The position numbers were made by a program, and so were the translations under genes. From Chloroflexota bacterium (GTDB lineage Bacteria > Chloroflexota > Dehalococcoidia > DSTF01 > RBG-16-68-14): a stretch of DNA of 64,000 bases. Positions 8,919 to 16,443 of the stretch are shown here, one piece after another. The notes beneath the pieces are model-generated. The model worked only from the letters and a program-made list of their open reading frames with translations, did no database searches and was not told where the DNA came from. Numbering within the stretch: position 1 is the stretch's first letter; each line of letters opens with the position of its first letter. The DNA lies in contig QIFC01000118.1 in the NCBI GenBank assembly GCA_003228685.1, positions 16,578-80,577 of the forward strand, given 5' to 3'.

Positions 8919-9476
8919 TGGCCGCCGTCACGCCTATCGAAACGCCGGACTCTCCAGAACTGCGCGAGTTCTACGATCGCATCGAGGGCACAAGCCAAGG
9001 CATGGGCGTCCTGAATGTGTTCAAGACCATGGCTCACACGCCAGACCTGATGCGATCGTGGTGCGGCATGATGGCCGTGCTCCTCGGCAGCCTCAAGCTG
9101 GAGCCCACGTTGCGCGAGCTGGCCATCCTGCGGCTCTTTCAGGTGAAACGCAGCGACTACGGCTTCGCCCACCATGTGCGCATCGCCAAGCTGATCGGGG
9201 TCAGCGACGAGCAGATCGCCGCGCTGAGCAGCCACGCGGACAGCGACCTGTTCTCCGATCTTCAGAAGGAGGTGCTGACGTACACGGACGCGGTGACGCG
9301 GCTGGAGGACGGCTCGAAGGCGCTCGCCACTCGGCCTCAGGGAGCATCTCTCCGAGCAGGAGCTGGTGGAGCTAACGTTCGTCATCGCGAACTGGAACCT
9401 GATGGCGCACTTGCTGCTGCCGCTCGAAATCGAACTAGAGGAGCCGGCGAAGGAGTTCCTGCCGGCGGACTGGTAG
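8918..9476 (+). pseudogene. Carboxymuconolactone decarboxylase (CMD/AhpD-like) family gene with a +1 frameshift
   Basis: The N-terminal 135 aa (..LRELAILRLFQVKRSDYGFAHHVRIA..YTDAVTRLEDGSKALATR) are CMD-like in frame 2. The conserved C-terminus LREHLSEQELVELTFVIANWNLMAHLLLPLEIELEEPAKEFLPADW* is in frame 0 (stop 9474-9476). The shift maps to 9297-9340. Confidence 0.7.
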
Positions 9477-9484
9477 GGCATATG

Positions 9485-9520
9485 GTCACTCTGAGTTCGC
9501 CGAAGGCGGACGAAGAGTCT
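9485..9520. repeat. GIY-YIG-associated repeat unit (long form)
   Basis: GTCACTCTGAGTTCGCCGAAGGCGGACGAAGAGTCT. It is near-identical to 10273..10308 and is the reverse complement of the 26-nt units, with 10 extra nt. Confidence 0.75.
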
Positions 9521-9536
9521 CTCTTGAGGCGATTAC

Positions 9537-9827
9537 ATGCGCGAGTTCTATGTGTACATCATGGCCAATCGCAGCAAGACGCTATACGTCGGCATGACGA
9601 ACAACCTGGAACGACGCGTGTCTGAGCACAGAGCAGGGCTATCGGCGTTCACCGCGAAGTATGCGATGAAGAAGCTTGTGTACCATGAGGCAACCAATGA
9701 TCCCCGGTCGGCGATTGCTCGCGAGAAGGAATTCAAAGGATGGCTTCGGAGCAAGAAGATCGCGTTGATCGAATCGGCCAATCCCGAGTGGGACGATCTG
9801 AGCGAGGCATGGGGACTTCGGCGATGA
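9537..9827 (+). CDS. GIY-YIG nuclease family protein (small, 96 aa)
   Basis: MREFYVYIMANRSKTLYVGMTNNLERRVSEHR... contains the GIY-(x10)-YVG motif and a conserved Arg/Glu. GC is lower than in the neighbouring genes. Confidence 0.85.
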   Translation: MREFYVYIMANRSKTLYVGMTNNLERRVSEHRAGLSAFTAKYAMKKLVYHEATNDPRSAIAREKEFKGWLRSKKIALIESANPEWDDLSEAWGLRR

Positions 9828-9918
9828 AGACTCTTCGCGGAGTTTATCCTAAGCGAAGACGAAGGGCTCAGAGTGCTAGCCAGACGCGGAGAAGACTCTT
9901 CGCTTCGCTCAGAGTGAC
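9828..9918. repeat. GIY-YIG-associated repeat units (two short-form copies, one interrupted)
   Basis: AGACTCTTCGCGG...GCGAAGACGAAGGGCTCAGAGTGC (9828-9876) and AGACTCTTCGCTTCGCTCAGAGTGAC (9893-9918). Confidence 0.65.
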
Positions 9919-9947
9919 GAGGCGGGAGTGAGGCGATCAGCACCGAC

Positions 9948-10202
9948 ATGCGTGAGTTCTATGTGTACGTCATGGCGAATCGCAGCAAGACGCTATACGT
10001 CGGCATGACGAACAGCCTGGAACGACGCGTGGCTGAGCACAGAGCAGGGCTATCGGCGTTCACCGCGAAGTATGCGATGAAGAAGCTTGTGTACCATCAG
10101 GCAACCAATAATCCCCGGTCGGCGATTGCTCGCGAGAAGGAATTCAAAGGATGGCTTCGGAGCAAGAAGATCGCGTTGATCGAATCGGCCAATCCCGAGT
10201 GA
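9948..10202 (+). CDS. GIY-YIG nuclease family protein, second tandem copy, shortened by a TGG->TGA change
   Basis: High nucleotide identity by eye (only scattered substitutions) to 9537..9827, at a 411-bp offset. It ends ...ESANPE* where copy 1 reads ...ESANPEWDDLSEAWGLRR. Confidence 0.75.
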   Translation: MREFYVYVMANRSKTLYVGMTNSLERRVAEHRAGLSAFTAKYAMKKLVYHQATNNPRSAIAREKEFKGWLRSKKIALIESANPE

Positions 10203-10237
10203 GACGATCTGAGCGAGACATGGCTGCTTGAGCAAAC

Positions 10238-10308
10238 AGACTCTTCGCTGCGCTCAGAGTGACAGTTCGATCGTCACTCTCAGTTCGCCAACGGTGAACG
10301 AAGAGTCT
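10238..10308. repeat. Inverted pair of GIY-YIG-associated repeat units (long hairpin)
   Basis: AGACTCTTCGCTGCGCTCAGAGTGAC (10238-10263), a 9-nt spacer, then GTCACTCTCAGTTCGCCAACGGTGAACGAAGAGTCT (10273-10308). Confidence 0.75.
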
Positions 10309-10363
10309 TCGTCCGCAAGAGCACCGGCCAGAGTGGCGAGGTGAGGCGAGGGTTATCTGAAGG

Positions 10364-10389
10364 AGACTCTTCGCTGCGCTCAGAGTGAC
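10364..10389. repeat. GIY-YIG-associated repeat unit (short form)
   Basis: AGACTCTTCGCTGCGCTCAGAGTGAC, identical to 10238-10263. Confidence 0.75.
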
Positions 10390-10428
10390 AGATCGTACTG
10401 ATCGGAGCTAGCTAGAAGGGAACACCGC

Positions 10429-11511
10429 ATGGAATTCGGACTGCTGTACGAAATCGAGAAGACCCAACCGTGGGACGAGAACAGCCAGCGCAATGTGTTC
10501 ATGGAGTCGCTGGAGCAGATCAAGCTGGCTGAAGAAGTCGGCTTCGATTACGTCTGGGAGGTCGAGCACCACTTTCTGGGCGAGTTCTCGATCTCGTCGG
10601 CGCCCGAGGTCTTCCTGTCAGCCGTCAGCCAGCACACCAAGACGATCCGCATCGGGCATGGCGTCGTCCTGCTGCCGTTCGGCTACAACCACCCGATCCG
10701 CGTCGCGGAGCGGGCGGCGACGCTCGATATTGTGAGCAACGGGCGGCTGGAGTTCGGCACGGGCCGCTCGGCGACAAACTTCGAGATGGAGCCGTTCGGC
10801 GTCGACCCGGAGTCGAACCGCGACGAGTGGGACGAGGCCGTGCGCATGATCCCGAAGATGTGGACGGAGGACGAGTTCTCGTGGGACAGCGAGAAGATGA
10901 AGATCCCGCCCCGCAACGTCTTCCCCAAGCCGCTGCAGAAGCCGCACCCGCCGATGTGGATGGCGGGCACGCAGCCGTCATCGGCGTTCCTCGCGGCCGA
11001 GCGCGGGCTGGGCTTTCTGCACTTCAGCTACACGGACCCCGAAGCGCTAGACGAGAAGATCACGAAGTACCGCGAGGGCATCGAGAAGAGCGAGCCCGTC
11101 GGCAGCTTCATCAACAACAAGTTCGCCGCCTTCACGCTGATGCACTGCGGACGCGACGACAAGGAGGCGCTGGCCACCGGCGGCCCCGGCGCGGAGTGGT
11201 ACGTGCGCGCGACGAACATGCTCTACTCGTTCTGGGCGCAGTCAGACACGCCGTCCTACAAGTGGTACGCGGAGCAGTTCGAGAAGGGCAAGGCAGGCGC
11301 GGACGTCAATGTGGAGCAGATGGTGGACGACTCGGTCCTCTGCATCGGCGGGCCGGAGCGCTGCGCTCAGATCGCGGGCCACTTCCGCGACCAGGGCGTC
11401 GACCAACTGATCTTCCTGGTGCAGCACGGCCCGACCAAGCACGAGGCGATCCTGGATTCGCTGCGCCGCTTCGGCGAAGAGGTGATCCCACAGTTCAAGA
11501 ACGGCGCGTAG
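10429..11511 (+). CDS. LLM-class (luciferase-like) flavin/F420-dependent oxidoreductase
   Basis: 360 aa. MEFGLLYEI..., ...AEEVGFDYVWEVEHHF..., ...IVSNGRLEFGTGRS... are luciferase-like monooxygenase family features. Confidence 0.85.
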   Translation: MEFGLLYEIEKTQPWDENSQRNVFMESLEQIKLAEEVGFDYVWEVEHHFLGEFSISSAPEVFLSAVSQHTKTIRIGHGVVLLPFGYNHPIRVAERAATLDIVSNGRLEFGTGRSATNFEMEPFGVDPESNRDEWDEAVRMIPKMWTEDEFSWDSEKMKIPPRNVFPKPLQKPHPPMWMAGTQPSSAFLAAERGLGFLHFSYTDPEALDEKITKYREGIEKSEPVGSFINNKFAAFTLMHCGRDDKEALATGGPGAEWYVRATNMLYSFWAQSDTPSYKWYAEQFEKGKAGADVNVEQMVDDSVLCIGGPERCAQIAGHFRDQGVDQLIFLVQHGPTKHEAILDSLRRFGEEVIPQFKNGA

Positions 11512-11513
11512 CG

Positions 11514-12344
11514 TTAGGCTCGCTGGGCCGTCAGCAGCGAGCGCCGCAGCAGGCCAGCCTTAATCGACGCGAGAATCACTTCGCCCTCTACGATCTTTCC
11601 CTTCAGTGTGTCCTCGCCCATCGCCTGCGCCAGCTCGTCGAAGCGGCGGCGCCTGCCTTCCAGCCAGCCTTGCGCGGTCATTCGATACTGCTTCGTCACG
11701 TCGGTCTCATGAACATCGGTGAAGCCTGCCGACTCCAGCATCTCCGACGGCGAGCGCCTGCGCGTTGTGGCGGACGGCCAGAACTTCAGAATGCGACGAT
11801 AATCGGCGTCGCTCAGGTCATGCGGCGCGTAGATCGTGTAGCAGGCGATGCGGCCTTCTGGCTTGAGAACTCGGTGACAGGCTCTCAGCACGGAGAGCTT
11901 CGCGGGCACTCAGCAGAGGACGTCGCTGTGCACCAGCGCATCGAACGAGCGCGGGCGGAACGGCAGGGTCGAGCCGCCCGCGGCGATACCTTCGCTCCTC
12001 TTGTGCACACGGTCCTTGCGCGAACGCCGCCCGGCCTCATCTAGCGCGACGAGCGGCAAGTCTGCGAGCACTACCTGGCAGCCGCTGCGCTTGGAGAGAT
12101 AGAGGCCGGGCCAACCTCGGCCGGCGCCGAGGTCGAGGAGCCGCTTACTCCGCGTCAGGTCCAGATGATCTACGAGCGCGTCCGCTTGTTCTCGCGTCGT
12201 ATAGCTGTTGGCGCCATAGTCGCCGCCAATCACTTCGCGTTCTAGGGCGACTGTCGCTCGGTTCTGACCAGTCCCGTAGCGTTCTTCGAAGCGCTGCTTG
12301 GCGTCAGCCGTTGAGCGAATATTGCTCTTGCGCGGCGACGCCAT
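11514..12344 (-). CDS. Class I SAM-dependent methyltransferase with in-frame TGA (candidate selenocysteine, Cys-Sec dyad)
   Basis: ORFs 11910..12344 and 11514..11909 share one frame and are separated only by TGA (11912..11910): ...LLDLGAGRGWPGL (motif I)...FDALVHSDVLC-TGA-VPAKLSVLRACHRVLKPEGRI (motif post-II/III). A hairpin starts 11 nt after the TGA. Confidence 0.55.
11879..11900 (-). promoter_or_regulatory. Candidate bacterial SECIS hairpin for the TGA at 11912..11910
   Basis: mRNA UGA GUGCCCGCGAA GCUCUC CGUGCU GAGAGC. A perfect 6-bp stem (11898-11893 pairs with 11886-11881) and a 6-nt loop containing GU. The loop G is about 21 nt from the U of UGA. Confidence 0.5.
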
Positions 12345-12348
12345 CCCG

Positions 12349-13131
12349 TCAGCCCTTCGTGGCGGCCAGTGTTACGCCGCGGGTGTCGAACTCCTTGGCG
12401 TCGGATTCATGCTTAGAGCCGGAAAACACGTCCACCTGCTTGCCCCAGCGAAGGCCTGTGAAGTTTGCGTGGCTCACAATCCACTCCCACTCTGCTTCCA
12501 GCAGAGCACCGGCTATTCAGCCGGACCAGAGATCGATGTCGTCTTTCGCGTCTTGGTCGACGGGCTTCTGAACGACGATGTCCGCGATCTGGAAGCGACC
12601 GCCCGGCTTGATGATGCGATAGACCTCTTGCATGACGGTCATCTTGTCCGGGGTGAGATTGATGACGCCGTTGCTGATCACGACGTCGATCGAACCATCA
12701 TCCGCGGGCAGTTCCTCCGCGTAGCCGAGCTTGGCGTCGATGTTGGTGAGGCCGAGCGTCTCAGCGCCCAGACGCGTCTTCTCCAGCATCGCCTCCGTCA
12801 TGTCGAGAGCGATCACGTGGCCCGTGGGACCGACCTGCTTCGCGGCTTGCAGCGTGTCGAAGCCTGCCCCGCAGCCGATGTCGAGCACTGCCTCGCCCTC
12901 ATGTAGCTTGCCCAAGAGGAACGGGTTGCCCGTGCCGGCGAACGATTCTATAGTCGACTCCGGCAGCGCATTCACGTCCGCCTCTGGATACTCCAGCATC
13001 GCTGCCAGCGGGCGGCCTGTGTGGAAATGAAAGCCTTGTTCGGGCTTCTTCGCCACGTCGCAGTATTTCGCCTCGATCTGGTCGCGCAGTTGTTCGCGGT
13101 CTACCTTCGATGCGACGACTTCTAACACCAT
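12349..13131 (-). CDS. ArsM-like SAM-dependent methyltransferase with in-frame TGA at the conserved C-terminal Cys position (candidate selenoprotein)
   Basis: Listed ORF 12517..13131 ends ...DDIDLWSG-TGA. The same frame continues IAGALLEAEWEWIVSHANFTGLRWGKQVDVFSGSKHESDAKEFDTRGVTLAATKG* (stop 12351..12349), 4 nt before the next gene's ATG. LDIGCGAGFD is motif I. LWxG[C/U]IAGA is the ArsM-type motif. Confidence 0.65.
12488..12508 (-). promoter_or_regulatory. Candidate bacterial SECIS hairpin for the TGA at 12519..12517
   Basis: mRNA UGA AUAGCCGG UG CUCUGCU GGA AGCAGAG UG. A 7-bp perfect stem (12506-12500 pairs with 12496-12490) plus two G.U pairs. The apical GG is about 20 nt from the U of UGA. 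Confidence 0.55.
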
Positions 13132-13151
13132 TCCTGTCTCCTTTCCTACTG

Positions 13152-14522
13152 TCAGACGGCCGGCGCGGACTCTTGCAGGTAGCCTGCTTCTTCCCAGACT
13201 CCGAACCCACCGTCCAGATTCACAAGCGTCTTGAACCCGGCACGCTCAAGGATCGAGACCCCGCTGGACGACCGCTCTCCATGTCCGCAGTATGCAACGA
13301 TGGGCCGGTCTCTCGGCAGCTCTTCGACTCGCGCCTCCAGTTGCCCGAGCGGAATGCTGATAGCCTCCGCGACGTGACCGGCCGCGAACTCATCAGGCTC
13401 GCGGACGTCGAGGGCAAGCGCGCCATCGAGCAGGGCCTTCCGCGCCTCCGTGGCACCGGCGAGCGGAATCGTCGCGAGAGGCTTGTCAGCCTTCGCCCAC
13501 GCTTCAATCCCACCCTCCAGCCAGCCCGCAAACGTTTCATAGCCCACCAGCAGCGACTCTTCCTCGATACGCTCGAGCGGTTCGTCATCACGGACGAACA
13601 GGAGCGGCGCCCCCTCGGGTGCAAGCCATCCCAGCCAGATGGCATAGCTATCGCGAAACTCGTTGCTCAGTGAGCCAGGAATGTGCCCGGCCGCGTACGC
13701 CTCGGTGGCCCGCACGTCGACAACAAACGCCGCTTGCCTGGCGTAATCGAACGCGACGGGCATGAGCGCCGGCGCCGGCGGAATCTCCTCGCGCAGTCGC
13801 GGACCAGCCTGGTTGATCGGGCGCATCCGAGAGAAGTAGGCCGGTATGGCTGGGAACGTGGTCGGGAACCAGCGCACAAACTCATGCTCGTCTTCAGTCT
13901 GCAGCGCGGCGTTGTGCTGGCGCTCGAGGCCCAGCGTGGAGGTGCGCTCGGCACCCGGCACCGCGGAACAGAACGAGCCGCCGCCGTGGGTCGGATAGAG
14001 CAGCGTCTCGTCCGGCAGCGACGAAAACGCCGTCTTCAGCGTGCGGAACAGCCAGTGTGTCTGGCGTTCGGTCATCTCGGGCGCTATCAGGTCGGTCCTT
14101 GCCGCGCCGCCGACGATGAGCGAGCCGCCGCTAAATAGTGCGGGAGGCTCCTGACCCGCGCGGAGAGCGTAGCTCATATGCTCAGGCGTATGACCGGGAG
14201 ACGCAACGGCTTCGACTTCGACGCCGCCCAGTCCGAACAGCTCACCGGCCACGACTGGCCTGTGCGGAAAGCGAACCGCTGCCTCCTTTGGAGAGTAGAT
14301 CTCCGCGCCCGAGACTTGCGCAACGTCGCGCGCGCCAGAGACGAAGTCGGCGTGCAGGTGCGTCTCCAGCACCGTCCCGATATGCCAGCCGCGATCTTCC
14401 GCGGCGCGCACATACTGGTCAACGCTCCGCAAAGGGTCGATGAGCACAGCTTCATTGGTCCCTACCACCATCAGGTAAGCGCTGTTGCCTAACCCTTCGT
14501 GGACAAAAGGAATCACATTCAT
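13152..14522 (-). CDS. MBL-fold metallo-hydrolase (persulfide-dioxygenase-like) fused to two rhodanese domains
   Basis: The N-terminal ...TVLETHLHADFVSGA... is the HxHxD(H) MBL motif. The C-terminal rhodanese has active-site loop IVAYCGHGERSS. The middle rhodanese-like domain lacks the Cys. Architecture resembles Blh/CstB. Confidence 0.85.
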   Translation of the reverse strand: MNVIPFVHEGLGNSAYLMVVGTNEAVLIDPLRSVDQYVRAAEDRGWHIGTVLETHLHADFVSGARDVAQVSGAEIYSPKEAAVRFPHRPVVAGELFGLGGVEVEAVASPGHTPEHMSYALRAGQEPPALFSGGSLIVGGAARTDLIAPEMTERQTHWLFRTLKTAFSSLPDETLLYPTHGGGSFCSAVPGAERTSTLGLERQHNAALQTEDEHEFVRWFPTTFPAIPAYFSRMRPINQAGPRLREEIPPAPALMPVAFDYARQAAFVVDVRATEAYAAGHIPGSLSNEFRDSYAIWLGWLAPEGAPLLFVRDDEPLERIEEESLLVGYETFAGWLEGGIEAWAKADKPLATIPLAGATEARKALLDGALALDVREPDEFAAGHVAEAISIPLGQLEARVEELPRDRPIVAYCGHGERSSSGVSILERAGFKTLVNLDGGFGVWEEAGYLQESAPAV

Positions 14523-15787
14523 GCCAATACCTCCTTCTGCATCGGCGCTGCTGCCGGGCGTGCCCGGCCCAGTGTCACCGTTGCTATGATAGCCGACGCG
14601 GCAGTCAGCGCCGCAACCGCATAGATCGCTTGCTCAAAGCCCAGCAGGTCGGCCACGGCTCCCGCGCCGAGCGCCCCGGCGACGAACCCACCATCACGCC
14701 AAAAGCGATAGACGCCGACGGACGCGGCGCGCTCTTCAGGGTGCACTTCATCGCCGATAGCGGCGATCAGCGTTGGGTAGACGAGCGCGGTCCCCACGCC
14801 GAGCAACACGACCGCCACCAGCCAGCTACCGAACGAGCCGGCGATCGCGACCATCGCGATGGCGACGGCCTGCAGCAGCAGGCCACCAACAATAGCAGGC
14901 TTTCGTCCCACAATGTCGCTCGCCCAGCCGGTACCGAGCTGCAGGACGCCCCAGACGAAGGGATACGCGGCTGCCAGGATGCCGATCTGACCGAGGTCCA
15001 GTCCGCGACTGAAGAAGAACAGCGGAAGGATCCCCCAAGCCAGCCCGTCGTTGAGGTTATTCACGAAGCCCCCTTGCGACGCGCCGAACAAGCGCGGGTT
15101 GCGCCATGTGACGTCGGCAAAGCTTCGCGCAAGCGAACGCGGAGGCGGCCCGGCCGCGTGTCCATCCGCCTCCAGTGCGACGAAGGGCCGCGTGTCGTGT
15201 GCCAGAGCCGTGAGCGCCAGCCCGCCCGCGACGAGAGCGATCCCCAGGTAGAACGGCTCTGGCCGCAGTCCGTACTGCTCCGCGATCACGCCGGTGAGAT
15301 AGGCAGCGGCAGCAACAGCGACATAGCCGGCCGCTTCGTTCAGCCCAACCACGAATCCACGCTGCCTGGGGCCGGCCAGGTCCATTTTCATATTGACGGT
15401 CATGGACCAGGCGAGGCCTTGGTTTACGCCAAGCAGCAAATTCGCGCCGATCACCCAGCCCCAATTCGGCGCCCAGATGAGCATCAGGGGAACAGGGGCG
15501 CCCACGAGCCATCCGGCAATCAGGACCTTGCGCCTGGTCAACTTATCGGAGAGGGTGCCGGCGAAGAGGTTGGTGATTGCCTTGGCGAGCCCGAACGTCG
15601 CGATGAACGAGACGACGGCCGTCGTCGACGAGATGCCGAACTCGGCCTTGCCCAAGAGCGGAACGACAGAGCGCTCCATGCCGATCATGCCGCCGACGAA
15701 GGCGTTGACCGCCACCAGCAGCGCGATCTGCCGCCAGTTTTCGCGCACGCCGAGGGCGATCGATTTGCCTGTCTGTCGCACGGCCAT
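14519..15787 (-). CDS. MFS transporter
   Basis: 422 aa, about 12 predicted hydrophobic helices, with an MFS loop motif ...GTLSDKLTRRKV.... Its stop overlaps the start of the downstream MBL-rhodanese gene (ATGA). Confidence 0.85.
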   Translation of the reverse strand: MAVRQTGKSIALGVRENWRQIALLVAVNAFVGGMIGMERSVVPLLGKAEFGISSTTAVVSFIATFGLAKAITNLFAGTLSDKLTRRKVLIAGWLVGAPVPLMLIWAPNWGWVIGANLLLGVNQGLAWSMTVNMKMDLAGPRQRGFVVGLNEAAGYVAVAAAAYLTGVIAEQYGLRPEPFYLGIALVAGGLALTALAHDTRPFVALEADGHAAGPPPRSLARSFADVTWRNPRLFGASQGGFVNNLNDGLAWGILPLFFFSRGLDLGQIGILAAAYPFVWGVLQLGTGWASDIVGRKPAIVGGLLLQAVAIAMVAIAGSFGSWLVAVVLLGVGTALVYPTLIAAIGDEVHPEERAASVGVYRFWRDGGFVAGALGAGAVADLLGFEQAIYAVAALTAASAIIATVTLGRARPAAAPMQKEVLA

Positions 15788-15802
15788 CAGCCCCGCCCTC
15801 TG

Positions 15803-16318
15803 TTAGGCGGCCTGCTCTTCGGCGGAACCGAACACCGTCCGGAGCGCCAGTTCGCGGTCACCGAAACAGTACTGGTAGATGAATGACGGGATGCAGAAGT
15901 GGGTGGTGCCAACAATGTATGCCACTGTCGTGAGCAGCGCCCCGAGCGCGTAACCCAGCGGAGCAACGCCCAGGTCGAACGACAACGCGATCGCGACTAC
16001 CCAGGGCGTTGCCAGCACACAAGCGAAGCGCGTAGGCGGACCGTTTAGCGGCAGTTTTCCCGTGCCGGTCAGGTGGCGCAGCCCATAGTTGTAGACGAGA
16101 TCGAGGGGATGGACCCTGAAGATCGCACCGGCTGCCGCTATCGGGACCATCGCCCAGAGCAGCGGTGTGAACGCGAATGCCGTCGCGATGCCGACGAGTG
16201 AACCGCAGAGAAGAAACGTCGTCCTGAACCAGGGCACCATCCTCAGGAATCCGGGATCGCTCGAAACGTTGTAACCCCGCACCTCCAGCCACGTTTGCAG
16301 TCTTGGTGAAAGAGCCAT
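15803..16318 (-). CDS. DUF4395-like membrane protein
   Basis: 171 aa, four hydrophobic segments. ...PTRFACVLATPWVVAI... and ...HFCIPSFIYQYCFG... resemble the DUF4395 family from memory. First gene of the minus-strand operon. Confidence 0.6.
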   Translation of the reverse strand: MALSPRLQTWLEVRGYNVSSDPGFLRMVPWFRTTFLLCGSLVGIATAFAFTPLLWAMVPIAAAGAIFRVHPLDLVYNYGLRHLTGTGKLPLNGPPTRFACVLATPWVVAIALSFDLGVAPLGYALGALLTTVAYIVGTTHFCIPSFIYQYCFGDRELALRTVFGSAEEQAA

Positions 16319-16336
16319 GATTCGGTCTCCTCTTTT

Positions 16337-16358
16337 TATTCAAGCGTTCTATTGAATA
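16337..16358. promoter_or_regulatory. Candidate ArsR operator in divergent promoter
   Basis: Perfect inverted repeat TATTCAA-N8-TTGAATA in the AT-rich 125-bp intergenic region. The half-site core TTCAAGCG recurs near 16396. Confidence 0.35.
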
Positions 16359-16443
16359 CGCCCATACTACTCCGTTGAGAGTGGCCTGTCAAATGTTCAA
16401 GCGATATCTTGCAGAATAATTTCCAAGGCTCTATACTGGCCGT

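Noticed and set aside
8918-9625. 235-aa ORF read as a CMD-GIY-YIG fusion
   Set aside because: The read-through product loses CMD similarity after residue 135 or so. The true CMD C-terminus is in another frame, so the gene is a frameshifted pseudogene rather than a fusion.
9485-10389. Possible CRISPR array, given the repeated 26-36 nt motif
   Set aside because: The copies occur in both orientations with irregular spacing, flank protein-coding genes and form inverted pairs. There are no uniform spacers and no cas genes.
11910-12519. Alternative explanations for the two in-frame TGAs: genome-wide TGA recoding, or simple nonsense pseudogenes
   Set aside because: Global recoding is rejected because many genes here end at TGA at their expected family C-termini (ADH 8366-8368, the thioesterase 8916-8918, hemL, obg). 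The pseudogene explanation is not fully excluded. It is disfavoured because there are two independent TGAs and no other damage, a hairpin sits 8-11 nt downstream of each, one TGA lies at a conserved Cys position, and operon spacing is preserved.
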